DNA from: an uncultured bacterium
GTDB taxonomy: Bacteria; Planctomycetota; UBA8108; UBA1146
NCBI GenBank assembly: GCA_913056395.1
Contig: CAJXMG010000012.1
Span: 8,659 to 72,658, forward strand
DNA: 64,000 bases
Direction: 5' to 3'
The translations under genes were made by a program, and so were the position numbers. Each line of letters opens with the position of its first letter. Position 1 is the first letter of the stretch. Of this stretch, positions 40,295 to 49,048 are shown piece after piece. The notes below the pieces were generated by a model. That model was not told the origin of the DNA, made no database searches, and saw only the letters and a program-made list of their open reading frames with translations.

Positions 40295-41770
40295 ATGCCC
40301 GTTCAGGAAACCCGACAGGGGATCGAATACAGAGTCAAGGATCTTCAGTTGGCCAACTTCGGCCGCCAGGAGATTCGCCTTGCAGAAGAAGAAATGCCGG
40401 GATTGATGGCCCTCCGTGATGAGTTTGGTGATTCGCAGCCATTGGCTGGAGCCCGTGTCACCGGATCCCTTCACATGACGATTCAGACAGCGGTTCTGAT
40501 CGAAACCCTGGTCCATCTGGGAGCGGAAGTCCGTTGGGCTTCCTGCAATATTTTCTCGACTCAGGATCATGCGGCAGCGGCCGTGGTCGTGGGACCCGAG
40601 GGAACCATCGATGAGCCGAAGGGAGTCCCCGTCTTTGCATGGATGGGTGAGACCCTTCAGGAGTACTGGGAGTGCACCGAGTCTGCATTGACCTGGCCTG
40701 ACGGCACCCTGCCCAATATGATTCTCGACGACGGTGGCGATGCCACCATGCTCGTCCTCAAGGGACGCGAGTTCGAAGCGGCCGGGCAGGTTCCGGATTA
40801 CGACCCCAAGGATCCGGAAGAGTGGATGTACGTCCTTGAGACCCTGCGCAACAGCCTTGCCAACGAGCCGGGCAAATGGACCGCCATCGCTGATTCGATC
40901 AAGGGTGTCACCGAAGAGACCACAACCGGAGTTCACCGCCTTTACCAGCTGCAGGAATCTGGCCAGTTGATCTTCCCGGCGATGAACGTCAATGACTCTG
41001 TGACCAAGAGCAAGTTCGACAACCTCTACGGCTGTCGTCACTCCCTCGTTGACGGCCTTTGTCGCGCGACGGACGTCATGCTCAGCGGTAAAGTCTGCGT
41101 CGTTCTTGGATATGGTGACGTCGGCAAAGGTTGCGCTCAGGCCCTCCGCGGCCAGGGAGCCCGTGTTGTGATCACCGAAATCGATCCGATCTGTGCCCTT
41201 CAGGCTGCCATGGAGGGATATGAGGTGACCCACCTCGACGATGTCGTCGCAACTGCAGACATCTTCGTGACCACCACCGGTAACCGTGACATTATCAAGG
41301 TCACCGACATGGCCCGCATGAAGCACAATGCCATCGTTTCCAACATCGGCCACTTCGATAACGAGATCGACATGGCTGGCCTTTCGATGGTCGACGGCAT
41401 TAGCTGTGAGAACCTGAAGAACCCGCAGGAGCACGAGAACCAGGTGGACCTGTGGACCTTCCCGGACGGCCACTCCATCATCGTTCTGGCAGAAGGCCGC
41501 CTGATGAATCTGGGCTGCGCAACCGGTCACCCGTCCTTCGTGATGAGTGCCTCCTTCACCAACCAGGTGATGGCGCAGATCGAGTTGTTCAAGAATGCCG
41601 AAAACTACGCCAATGAGGTTTACGTGCTACCGAAGATTCTCGACGAGAAGGTGGCCCGTCTTCACCTCGCCAAACTCGGCGTGAAGCTGACCGAGATGAA
41701 TGACACTCAGGCAGCTTACCTGGGTATTCCCAAAGAGGGACCCTACAAGCCGAATCACTACCGTTACTAA
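40295..41770 (+). CDS. ahcY: Adenosylhomocysteinase (SAH hydrolase)
   Basis: [62 protein letters not shown]-terminal HYRY. Confidence 0.99.
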   Translation: MPVQETRQGIEYRVKDLQLANFGRQEIRLAEEEMPGLMALRDEFGDSQPLAGARVTGSLHMTIQTAVLIETLVHLGAEVRWASCNIFSTQDHAAAAVVVGPEGTIDEPKGVPVFAWMGETLQEYWECTESALTWPDGTLPNMILDDGGDATMLVLKGREFEAAGQVPDYDPKDPEEWMYVLETLRNSLANEPGKWTAIADSIKGVTEETTTGVHRLYQLQESGQLIFPAMNVNDSVTKSKFDNLYGCRHSLVDGLCRATDVMLSGKVCVVLGYGDVGKGCAQALRGQGARVVITEIDPICALQAAMEGYEVTHLDDVVATADIFVTTTGNRDIIKVTDMARMKHNAIVSNIGHFDNEIDMAGLSMVDGISCENLKNPQEHENQVDLWTFPDGHSIIVLAEGRLMNLGCATGHPSFVMSASFTNQVMAQIELFKNAENYANEVYVLPKILDEKVARLHLAKLGVKLTEMNDTQAAYLGIPKEGPYKPNHYRY

Positions 41771-41790
41771 AGGTTGTCATTCAGGAATTG

Positions 41791-41828
41791 AAAAAGGGCC
41801 GGATCCACAAGGATCCGGCCCTTTTTTT
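41791..41828. terminator. Bidirectional intrinsic terminator between ahcY and aceE
   Basis: AAAAA-GGGCCGGATCC-acaa-GGATCCGGCCC-TTTTTTT. Confidence 0.9.
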
Positions 41829-41835
41829 GTGTCTG

Positions 41836-41861
41836 TATCAAAGCTTCCTATCAAAGCTTCC
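41836..41861. repeat. Perfect 13-bp tandem duplication spanning the aceE stop codon
   Basis: tatcaaagcttcc x2 on the + strand. Confidence 0.85.
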
Positions 41862-44520
41862 AGGGGGGAGTGGAACCGGGCTCCCTGCCATGGTGCTGTT
41901 GGACTTCTGCGACCACCTGAGGGTCGAGATCGCCCTTGCGGGCCAGCAGAGACAGGGCGGCGATTTCGATGCTGACTTCATCCGTTTCGAAGTGGCGACG
42001 CAATTCTTCACGGGTATCTGATCGGCCATAACCGTCAGTTCCCAGGCTGGCCCAGGGAGCACTGACCCAGGGACGAACCAGATCCGGCAGGGCCTTCATG
42101 TATTCGGTCACCGCAATCACCGGTGCATCACCGGCCAGATTGCGGGTGACGGTCGCTTCCAGAGGAGGTTGACCCGGTTGTTGCAGATTCTGGCGATCGA
42201 TCTCGATGGCCTGACGCTGGAGTTCCGGGAAGGAGGTGACGGACCAGACTTCCGCACGGACTCCATGATCATTGAAGAGGGCCTTTGCCACTTCCCGAAC
42301 ACGGGGCAGGGCGCTGCCGGAGCCGAGGAGACGAATCTTTGGTCCGTCCCCTTCGGGAGCTCCATCGAGAAGGTACATTCCTTCAAGGATGCCCTGCTTC
42401 GATCCTTCCGGCATCGCCGGCATTTCCAGATTCTCGTTGTAGAGGGTCAGGTAGTAGTGAATGTCTTCCTGCTCCTGAACCATTCGGCGCAGGCCCTCCT
42501 CGATGATCACCGCCACCTCGTAGGCATATGCGGGGTCGTAGGAGAGGCAGGAAGGGAACGCCGCAGCCATCAGGGGGCTATGCCCATCCTGGTGCTGCAA
42601 ACCTTCACCATTGAGCGTCGTGCGGCCAGCGGTAGCTCCCAGAAGGAATCCGCGGCCACGGGCATCTCCCATGGCCCAGATCTGGTCACCGACGCGCTGG
42701 AAACCAAACATGGAGTAAAAGATGTAGAAGGGGACGGTCACCTCACCCAGTGTTGAATAGCTGGTTGAGGCGGCAATCGTGCTGGCAAGGGAACCACATT
42801 CGGTGATCCCTTCCTGCAGAATCTGGCCGTCCTTGCGCTCGGTGTAGGAGAAGAGCAGGTCGTGATCAACGGGCTCGTAGGCCTGTCCACCCGGGGCGTA
42901 GATTCCCACCTGCTTGAAGAGGGCTTCCATGCCGAAGGTGCGCGCCTCGTCAGCCAGGATGGGGACGATGCGCTTGCCCAGATCCCCGGCCTTGAGAAGG
43001 TCTCGGAAGAGGCGAGCGAAAGCCATCGTCGTCGAAGCGGGCACAGAGCCCTCGGTTCCTCCGTGAAGTTGTGCGAAAGTTTTCTCGGGGGGCAACTCGG
43101 GAACTGCAGCGATGGCCCTGCGTCGTGGAATCGAGCCGCCCAGTTGTTGGCGACGCTCGAGCATGTACTGGACCTCCGGTGAGTTTTCCCCGGGGTGATA
43201 GAAGGGGGCGGATTCCACTTCGCTGTCTGCCACAGGGATCTCGAGGAGATCACGCACAGCACGGACTTCGGAACCCTTCAGTTTTTTCAACTGGTGCGTC
43301 ACATTCCTCGAGGCGGCGGTGGGACCGAGTGCATGTCCCTTGACCGTCTTGGCGAGGATCACGGTCGGTCTGCCATCCCCCTGACAGGCTTCCCTGTAGG
43401 CATTGGCAACCTTGATGCGGTCGTGACCGCCACGGCCAAGCGATTTGATTTGGTCGTCGCTCCATGAGGCGAGGTAGTTCGCCAGCACAGGGTCGTCACC
43501 GATCAGTTGGGCTCGGGTCCAGGCTCCGTCTTCTGCGTCCGATCTTTGCCAGACTCCGTCGACGATGGTCCCCAGTCTTCTCAGAAGTCGACCTTCAGGA
43601 TCGCTGGCGAGAAGGGGGTCCCAGTTCCGGTCCCACACGTTTTTGATCACCCGCCACCCGGCTCCGCTGAATGCTCCCTCCAGATCCTGGATGATCTTGG
43701 AGTTGCCGGTTACAGGTCCATCGAGGCGTTGCAGATTGCAGTTGACCACAAACACCAGGTTGTCGAGTCCTTCTCTGGAGGCGATCCGCAATGCTCCGAG
43801 GCTTTCCGGTTCGTCGCATTCTCCGTCGCCAAGGAAAGCAAAGACCCTTTGGTCTGAAGTATCCTTGAAGCCTCTCGCCTGTGCATAGCGCAAAAATCTC
43901 GCCTGGTAGATGGCGTTGATGGGGCCCAGTCCCATGGAGACTGTCGGGAACTGCCAGAAGTCCGGCATCAATCGCGGGTGGGGGTAACTGGAGACCCCAC
44001 GACCTTCCACTTCCCTGCGGAAGTGATCGAGTTGATCGACGGTCAGACGGCCTTCAAGGAAAGCGCGTGCGTACATGCCCGGACTGGCGTGACCCTGAAA
44101 AAAGATCAGGTCTCCACCGCCTGGGTGATCGATTCCGCGGAAGAAGTGTTGCTGTCCGACTTCGTAGAGGGTAGCTGCGGAGGCGAAGGTGGACATGTGG
44201 CCACCGAGGCCATCAAACTGGCTGTTGGCCCTGACGACCATCGCCATCGCATTCCAGCGGACCAGATTCTCGATCCGTTGTTCCATCTCCTCATCGCCGG
44301 GGTAGGCCGTTTCCTGATCGGGAGCGATGCTGTTCTGGTAGGGAGTAATGGAGTGGTTGGCTGCCGGAATCCTCAGGGAACGGGAGTGCCAGACCAGACG
44401 ATCCATCAGATCACCTGTGCGCTCTCTCCCGGCTACAGAGTGGGTGCTTTCCAGAGATTCGATCCACTCGGATGTTTCCTGTGGATCACTGTCCGGTGCT
44501 GGGGGCTGATGTGAGTTCAA
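41851..44520 (-). CDS. aceE: Pyruvate dehydrogenase E1, homodimeric type
   Basis: DSDPQETSEW, RWNA, FQGHASPG, SSYPHP, FPTVSMGLG, GDGECDEPES, NCNLQRLDGP, GEGLQHQDG; TTG start at 44520 after AGGAG. Confidence 0.96.
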   Translation of the reverse strand: MNSHQPPAPDSDPQETSEWIESLESTHSVAGRERTGDLMDRLVWHSRSLRIPAANHSITPYQNSIAPDQETAYPGDEEMEQRIENLVRWNAMAMVVRANSQFDGLGGHMSTFASAATLYEVGQQHFFRGIDHPGGGDLIFFQGHASPGMYARAFLEGRLTVDQLDHFRREVEGRGVSSYPHPRLMPDFWQFPTVSMGLGPINAIYQARFLRYAQARGFKDTSDQRVFAFLGDGECDEPESLGALRIASREGLDNLVFVVNCNLQRLDGPVTGNSKIIQDLEGAFSGAGWRVIKNVWDRNWDPLLASDPEGRLLRRLGTIVDGVWQRSDAEDGAWTRAQLIGDDPVLANYLASWSDDQIKSLGRGGHDRIKVANAYREACQGDGRPTVILAKTVKGHALGPTAASRNVTHQLKKLKGSEVRAVRDLLEIPVADSEVESAPFYHPGENSPEVQYMLERRQQLGGSIPRRRAIAAVPELPPEKTFAQLHGGTEGSVPASTTMAFARLFRDLLKAGDLGKRIVPILADEARTFGMEALFKQVGIYAPGGQAYEPVDHDLLFSYTERKDGQILQEGITECGSLASTIAASTSYSTLGEVTVPFYIFYSMFGFQRVGDQIWAMGDARGRGFLLGATAGRTTLNGEGLQHQDGHSPLMAAAFPSCLSYDPAYAYEVAVIIEEGLRRMVQEQEDIHYYLTLYNENLEMPAMPEGSKQGILEGMYLLDGAPEGDGPKIRLLGSGSALPRVREVAKALFNDHGVRAEVWSVTSFPELQRQAIEIDRQNLQQPGQPPLEATVTRNLAGDAPVIAVTEYMKALPDLVRPWVSAPWASLGTDGYGRSDTREELRRHFETDEVSIEIAALSLLARKGDLDPQVVAEVQQHHGREPGSTPPWKL

Positions 44521-44543
44521 GGCAACTCCTGCTCTTCGCTGAA

Positions 44544-44723
44544 TCAGGATTCCGAATCGGAATCGGGGAGGATGTGGGGAATCCCTTCCACCAGTGGGAA
44601 TACCTTGTCGCATTGATCGCAACGCAGCCCCCCTGAGTCCTCTGACAGGGAGGACCGATTGTCACAAGGACAGGTCAACTGCTTCAGCAGGTCGGGGTGG
44701 ACGCCCTTTGAATTATCCGGCAT
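44544..44723 (-). CDS. Trm112/YcaR family small zinc-ribbon protein
   Basis: LLKQLTCP..L....L.C..C...FPL.EGIPHIL is the typical Trm112 pattern. Confidence 0.82.
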   Translation of the reverse strand: MPDNSKGVHPDLLKQLTCPCDNRSSLSEDSGGLRCDQCDKVFPLVEGIPHILPDSDSES

Positions 44724-44877
44724 CGCGCTTCCATTTCCCAAAAAAGGTGAATCCGGCAGCGAACTGCCCAATCAGGGCTGGCCTTCGATGCCGGGGGAAA
44801 CTACATTTCCTAGATTCTCCGAGAACGGTTTCAAAGGGCAACCGAATCGGGTGGCCCACGCAGAGAGGAGCCCCGGA

Positions 44878-47115
44878 ATGGCGAACAAATTCTGGGCATT
44901 TATCCCCTTCATCCTGATTTTCTGGTCTTCAGCAGAACTGAGGGCGAATCCCGGCAATTCACCGGAGAAGGACGATCTCCGCCGTTTGACCTATTCCGAC
45001 GTCGACCGGGGGAGAGCACGGTTTTTCCCCTCTCTGGAGCGCTGGAGCTTTGTCGGGCCCGATCACGCCATACGACAAGGGCGCAACGGAGATCCCCTGG
45101 ATCCCCTGACCCTCGAGAAGGTGGGCTTGCGCAAGCCAGAATCGGACCCGGTCGGCTGGCAGGGGCCTGATCCGGCAGTGGGGTTCAACGCGGCTTTCAA
45201 GGCCGGAATCGCAGATCGTGATCCTGCCAAAGGGCGTCCGGAGTTGCTTCTCGCCAGTGATCAGGGAATTCGGGTGACCGTCCACGAAAATTATGTGGCG
45301 GCTCGAAAGGGTGACGGAGAGGTCTTGATCACCGAGATCCCCGGGGCGATGGAGATGGTTCGGCTGGCTCCCGGAGGCGAGTCGATCAGTGGAATTCGCC
45401 AGTCAAATCTCTTCGTCGTGGATTTGTTTGAACAAGATCTGCAGCAGATCACCGAAGATGGATCGGAAGATCTCCTGAATGGCAAACTCGATTGGGTTTA
45501 TCAGGAAGAGGTTTACGGCCGCGGAAATTTCAATGCCCAATGGTGGAGTCCGAATGGTCGCTATCTGGCTTTCCTCAAACTGATGGAGGAAGGGGTTCCG
45601 GAGTTTCAGATTGTCCGCCACCTCCCCTTTGCCCAAAAAGTGATCACCCAGCACTACCCCAAAGCAGGACAGACCAATCCCCGTGTGGAGCTTTGGGTTC
45701 ATGATACTGAAACCGGGTCAACCCGACCGATGCAGATCACCTCTTTTGATGAGGAACGGCTGATCGTCAGTGTCGACTGGTCTCCCGATTCCACCCGATT
45801 GCTGGCTCAAGTTCAGGACCGGATCCAGTCCGCATTGTCACTTCTTTCCTGTGACCCGATGAGTGGTAATGTCCGTTCGCTCATCGAGGAGAAGTCCGAC
45901 AGTTGGGTCAATGTTCTCGGAGCCCCGAAGTGGCTCTCGGACGGCACCTTCCTGTGGAAGAGTGAGCGTACCGGCTTTGCACACCTGTATCACTACCAGG
46001 CCGATGGCGAGTTGATTCGCCAAATCACCCGTGGGGAATGGGAAGTGGAATCGATTGCCCGAATCGATGAAGAGCGTCGGGAATTGTGGGTCACGGGAAG
46101 CCTGGGGAGAGCCATCGAATCGCATTTGTACCGGATTGACTTTGCTGGAGACCTTCTGGTGCAGTTGACCCATGAACCCGGTAGCCACCGTACTTCCATC
46201 TCACCAGACGGGGAGTTCGTTCTCGATCGATTCTCCAGTGTGGAAACCCCGGGTGAGTATCGTTTGATCTCCAGAGATGGGCAGATGATCCGGGTCCTTT
46301 CTGAAGGCAGTATTCCGGCACTCAACACTTTTGAGGATGTGGACGCAACTCTCCATGAAGTTTCGGCACGTGACGGATACAGCATGGACGTCATGGTGAT
46401 GAAGCCGGTCAATCATGACCCGGAGGTTCCGCTTCCCGTCTTTATCAGCACCTATTCCGGTCCCAATGCTCCGACGGTTCGTCAGGGATATCCGGGCTCC
46501 GGTTGGCTGAGATTTCTGGTTCACCAGGGAATGGTGGTTTTGCAGGTCAACGTTCGCAGTTCCAGCAGCCGGGGCCAGGTCGATACCGCAACCTGTTACC
46601 GCCAGTTGGGGGTGCAGGAATTGATGGATCTGGAAGATGCCATCGATTGGCTTTGCACAAATTCCTGGGCGGATGCGGGCAGGGTGGGCATCTCCGGCTG
46701 GTCCTATGGCGGATTCATAGCGGCCTACGCCTTGACCCATTCAGATAAATTCGTCCTCGGAATCGCAGGGGGCGGGGTTTACGACTGGCGTGACTACGAC
46801 ACGATTTATACCGAACGGTATATGGATACTCCGCAGCTGAACCCGGAAGGGTATTCCGCTTCGAGTGTCATCGAGTCCGCTGCGGATCTGCAGGGGCACT
46901 TGCTGATTCTTCATGGTGGTGTCGATGACAATGTTCACGTGCAAAATGCCATGCAGTTGGCACACCGGCTTCAGGAGAATCGCAAATCTTTCGAAATGAT
47001 GATTTATCCCGAATCGGGTCACGGGGTTCGTGGCAGACCTGCCCGTCATATGCGTGATCTCGAGTGGAAGTCGATTCAGGAACATCTTTTGGCGCCGATG
47101 AAAGCGATTCCGTGA
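44878..47115 (+). CDS. Exported S9B dipeptidyl peptidase IV-like protein
   Basis: Signal peptide; NGKLDWVYQEEV, YPKAG, GWSYGG, DDNVH..N, YP..GH; GAGGAG RBS. Confidence 0.93.
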   Translation: MANKFWAFIPFILIFWSSAELRANPGNSPEKDDLRRLTYSDVDRGRARFFPSLERWSFVGPDHAIRQGRNGDPLDPLTLEKVGLRKPESDPVGWQGPDPAVGFNAAFKAGIADRDPAKGRPELLLASDQGIRVTVHENYVAARKGDGEVLITEIPGAMEMVRLAPGGESISGIRQSNLFVVDLFEQDLQQITEDGSEDLLNGKLDWVYQEEVYGRGNFNAQWWSPNGRYLAFLKLMEEGVPEFQIVRHLPFAQKVITQHYPKAGQTNPRVELWVHDTETGSTRPMQITSFDEERLIVSVDWSPDSTRLLAQVQDRIQSALSLLSCDPMSGNVRSLIEEKSDSWVNVLGAPKWLSDGTFLWKSERTGFAHLYHYQADGELIRQITRGEWEVESIARIDEERRELWVTGSLGRAIESHLYRIDFAGDLLVQLTHEPGSHRTSISPDGEFVLDRFSSVETPGEYRLISRDGQMIRVLSEGSIPALNTFEDVDATLHEVSARDGYSMDVMVMKPVNHDPEVPLPVFISTYSGPNAPTVRQGYPGSGWLRFLVHQGMVVLQVNVRSSSSRGQVDTATCYRQLGVQELMDLEDAIDWLCTNSWADAGRVGISGWSYGGFIAAYALTHSDKFVLGIAGGGVYDWRDYDTIYTERYMDTPQLNPEGYSASSVIESAADLQGHLLILHGGVDDNVHVQNAMQLAHRLQENRKSFEMMIYPESGHGVRGRPARHMRDLEWKSIQEHLLAPMKAIP

Positions 47116-47852
47116 GCAGCCATCCCGGAAGCGACCTCGTCGAGGGGCGATTGATCAAACGCTACAAGAGATTTCTTGCGGACTGTGATGTTCCTGAAGT
47201 GGGCGAGGTGACCGCGCACTGTCCAAATTCAGGTTCGATGAAAACCCTCGTGGATGGCGAACCGAAGGCATGGTTGCGCCATGTCCCTGACCCCAAGCGC
47301 AAACTGAAATGGACATTGACTCTGTTGGGCGTGAGGCGACGGGGGAAAGCCCTCGTCGACACGGGACTGCCCAATCAGTTGGTTGCCGATGCCATCGAAG
47401 CGGGAAAGATACCGAAACTGTCACTCAAGAGGGGGCAAAGGGTACACCGGGAGATCAAGGTCGGCGAAAAGAGTCGTCTGGATATCGTCATTGCAGGAGA
47501 AGATCGTCCTGATGAGACGAATGGTGATGTTTATGTCGAAGTGAAAAACGTCACCATGCTCTCCCCTGTAGATTCGGAAAGAGCCGATTTTCCGGATGCG
47601 GTGACAGAGAGAGGTCGAAAGCACCTGAAGGAGTTGATTCGACTGAAGCAGATGGGCCACCGTGCGGTGCTCTTTCTGTTATTGGGAAGAAGCGATTGTT
47701 CAAAAGTGGGATTTGCCAGTGACATCGACCCCGCCTACTCGGAAGCGATTTTGGAAGCCGTGGGTGAGGGGGTAGAGATTCTTTCCCACCGTCTGGGTTT
47801 CCGTGGCAGTCGGATTCACATGGGTGAAGAAGTTCCTATCGAATTGCCCTGA
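47112..47852 (+). CDS. sfsA: Sugar fermentation stimulation protein A (DNA/RNA nuclease SfsA)
   Basis: KRYKRFLAD, HCPNSGSM, EVKNVT, FPDAVTERG.KHL.EL; GTG overlaps the upstream stop. Confidence 0.93.
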   Translation: MSSHPGSDLVEGRLIKRYKRFLADCDVPEVGEVTAHCPNSGSMKTLVDGEPKAWLRHVPDPKRKLKWTLTLLGVRRRGKALVDTGLPNQLVADAIEAGKIPKLSLKRGQRVHREIKVGEKSRLDIVIAGEDRPDETNGDVYVEVKNVTMLSPVDSERADFPDAVTERGRKHLKELIRLKQMGHRAVLFLLLGRSDCSKVGFASDIDPAYSEAILEAVGEGVEILSHRLGFRGSRIHMGEEVPIELP

Positions 47853-47922
47853 TTCCAAGTTGCAATCTGTCCCTGTATTGCGGATTCGCTTATCCTTTCC
47901 AGTCTGATTGAAAGGTCTCACC

Positions 47923-49029
47923 ATGTCCGAATCATCCCCGTCGCAACCCTTGTCGCCTTCCTTATCCCTGCTCAAAGATCTTGCTTTGGCGTGTGGACCA
48001 CCTGGTGCTGAAGGAGAAGTGCGCAAGATCGTTCACCGGGAAATTGGTGGGCACGGAAAAGTCCAGCATGATGGTCTCGGCAGTGTGATCGTTGAGGCAG
48101 AGGGAGAAGGCCCGAGGGTTGTCCTCGATGCCCATATGGACGAAGTGGGATTCTGCGTTCAATCCATCGATGAAGAGGGCCGTATCTGGTTTGTGCCCCT
48201 CGGCGGCTGGTGGGGACATGTCCTGTTGGCTCAAAGAGTGGACATTCTGGCGAGCAGTGGCAGGAAGATTCCTGGATCGATTGGGTGTAAGCCTCCCCAT
48301 TTTCTTTCGCCTGCTGAACGCGACAAGGTGCTTTCCCTCGACCAAATGTACATCGATGTCGCCGCCAGAGATCTCGAAGAAGTTCTCTCATGGGGAATCA
48401 AGGTGGGTGACCCCATCACACCGAGGGGGCACTTTGAGGAGATGGCTTCGCCGGGGCGCTATTGCTGCAAGGCTTTTGACGACCGCGTCGGAGTTGGTGT
48501 TATGATTGAGTCGTTCAAAGCTGCGTTGACGGGTGGAGCCTCCCTGTCATGCCAGCCGGTCGCAGTGGCTGCCGTGCAGGAAGAGGTCGGTTGCCGGGGG
48601 GCAAAAACTGCGAGCCATCTGAGCCAGCCGGACTTGGGAATCATTCTCGAAGGAACTCCTGCAGATGATTTGCCGGGGATGCCGCGGAGGCAAGCTGTGC
48701 TCGGCCAGGGCCCCCAAATCCGTTTCATGGATCCGACCGCTCTCTCCAATCGGAATTTGGTTCGCTGGACAGAGTCTTTGGCGGAGAAAAACGGGATTCC
48801 TGTGCAAATTGCAGTGCGCAAAAGCGGGGGGACCGACGCAAAAACCACTCATCTTCATGGCAGTGGAGTTCCCACCGTTGTCATCGGAGTCCCGGCAAGG
48901 TCGATTCACACCCATTCGAGCATCATTGATTTCGAGGATTACCTGAATGCCATCGAGTTGGTGAAATCGATGGTCGAGAATTTGGACGCTGCAACTGTCG
49001 ATAGTTTCACGCGCTACGACGAAGAGTGA
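47923..49029 (+). CDS. M42 family aminopeptidase (FrvX/TET-like)
   Basis: AHMDEVG, LGGWW, KAFDDR, QEEVG.RGA, GGTDA, IHTH. Confidence 0.93.
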   Translation: MSESSPSQPLSPSLSLLKDLALACGPPGAEGEVRKIVHREIGGHGKVQHDGLGSVIVEAEGEGPRVVLDAHMDEVGFCVQSIDEEGRIWFVPLGGWWGHVLLAQRVDILASSGRKIPGSIGCKPPHFLSPAERDKVLSLDQMYIDVAARDLEEVLSWGIKVGDPITPRGHFEEMASPGRYCCKAFDDRVGVGVMIESFKAALTGGASLSCQPVAVAAVQEEVGCRGAKTASHLSQPDLGIILEGTPADDLPGMPRRQAVLGQGPQIRFMDPTALSNRNLVRWTESLAEKNGIPVQIAVRKSGGTDAKTTHLHGSGVPTVVIGVPARSIHTHSSIIDFEDYLNAIELVKSMVENLDAATVDSFTRYDEE

Positions 49030-49048
49030 TTCTTAAATTTTCTTCCTG

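Noticed and set aside
44521-44877. N-terminal extensions of aceE (to 44622) and the S9 peptidase (from 44659) in the ORF track
   Set aside because: They overlap the Trm112-like gene; better RBS-supported starts exist at 44520 and 44878. Similar over-extensions were trimmed for actA, actB, sufB, sufC, infA, sfsA, the ECF, lpxL and purC
47112-47852. SfsA PD-(D/E)xK nuclease as a defence system
   Set aside because: Standard sfsA with no methylase, ATPase or other defence-associated neighbours
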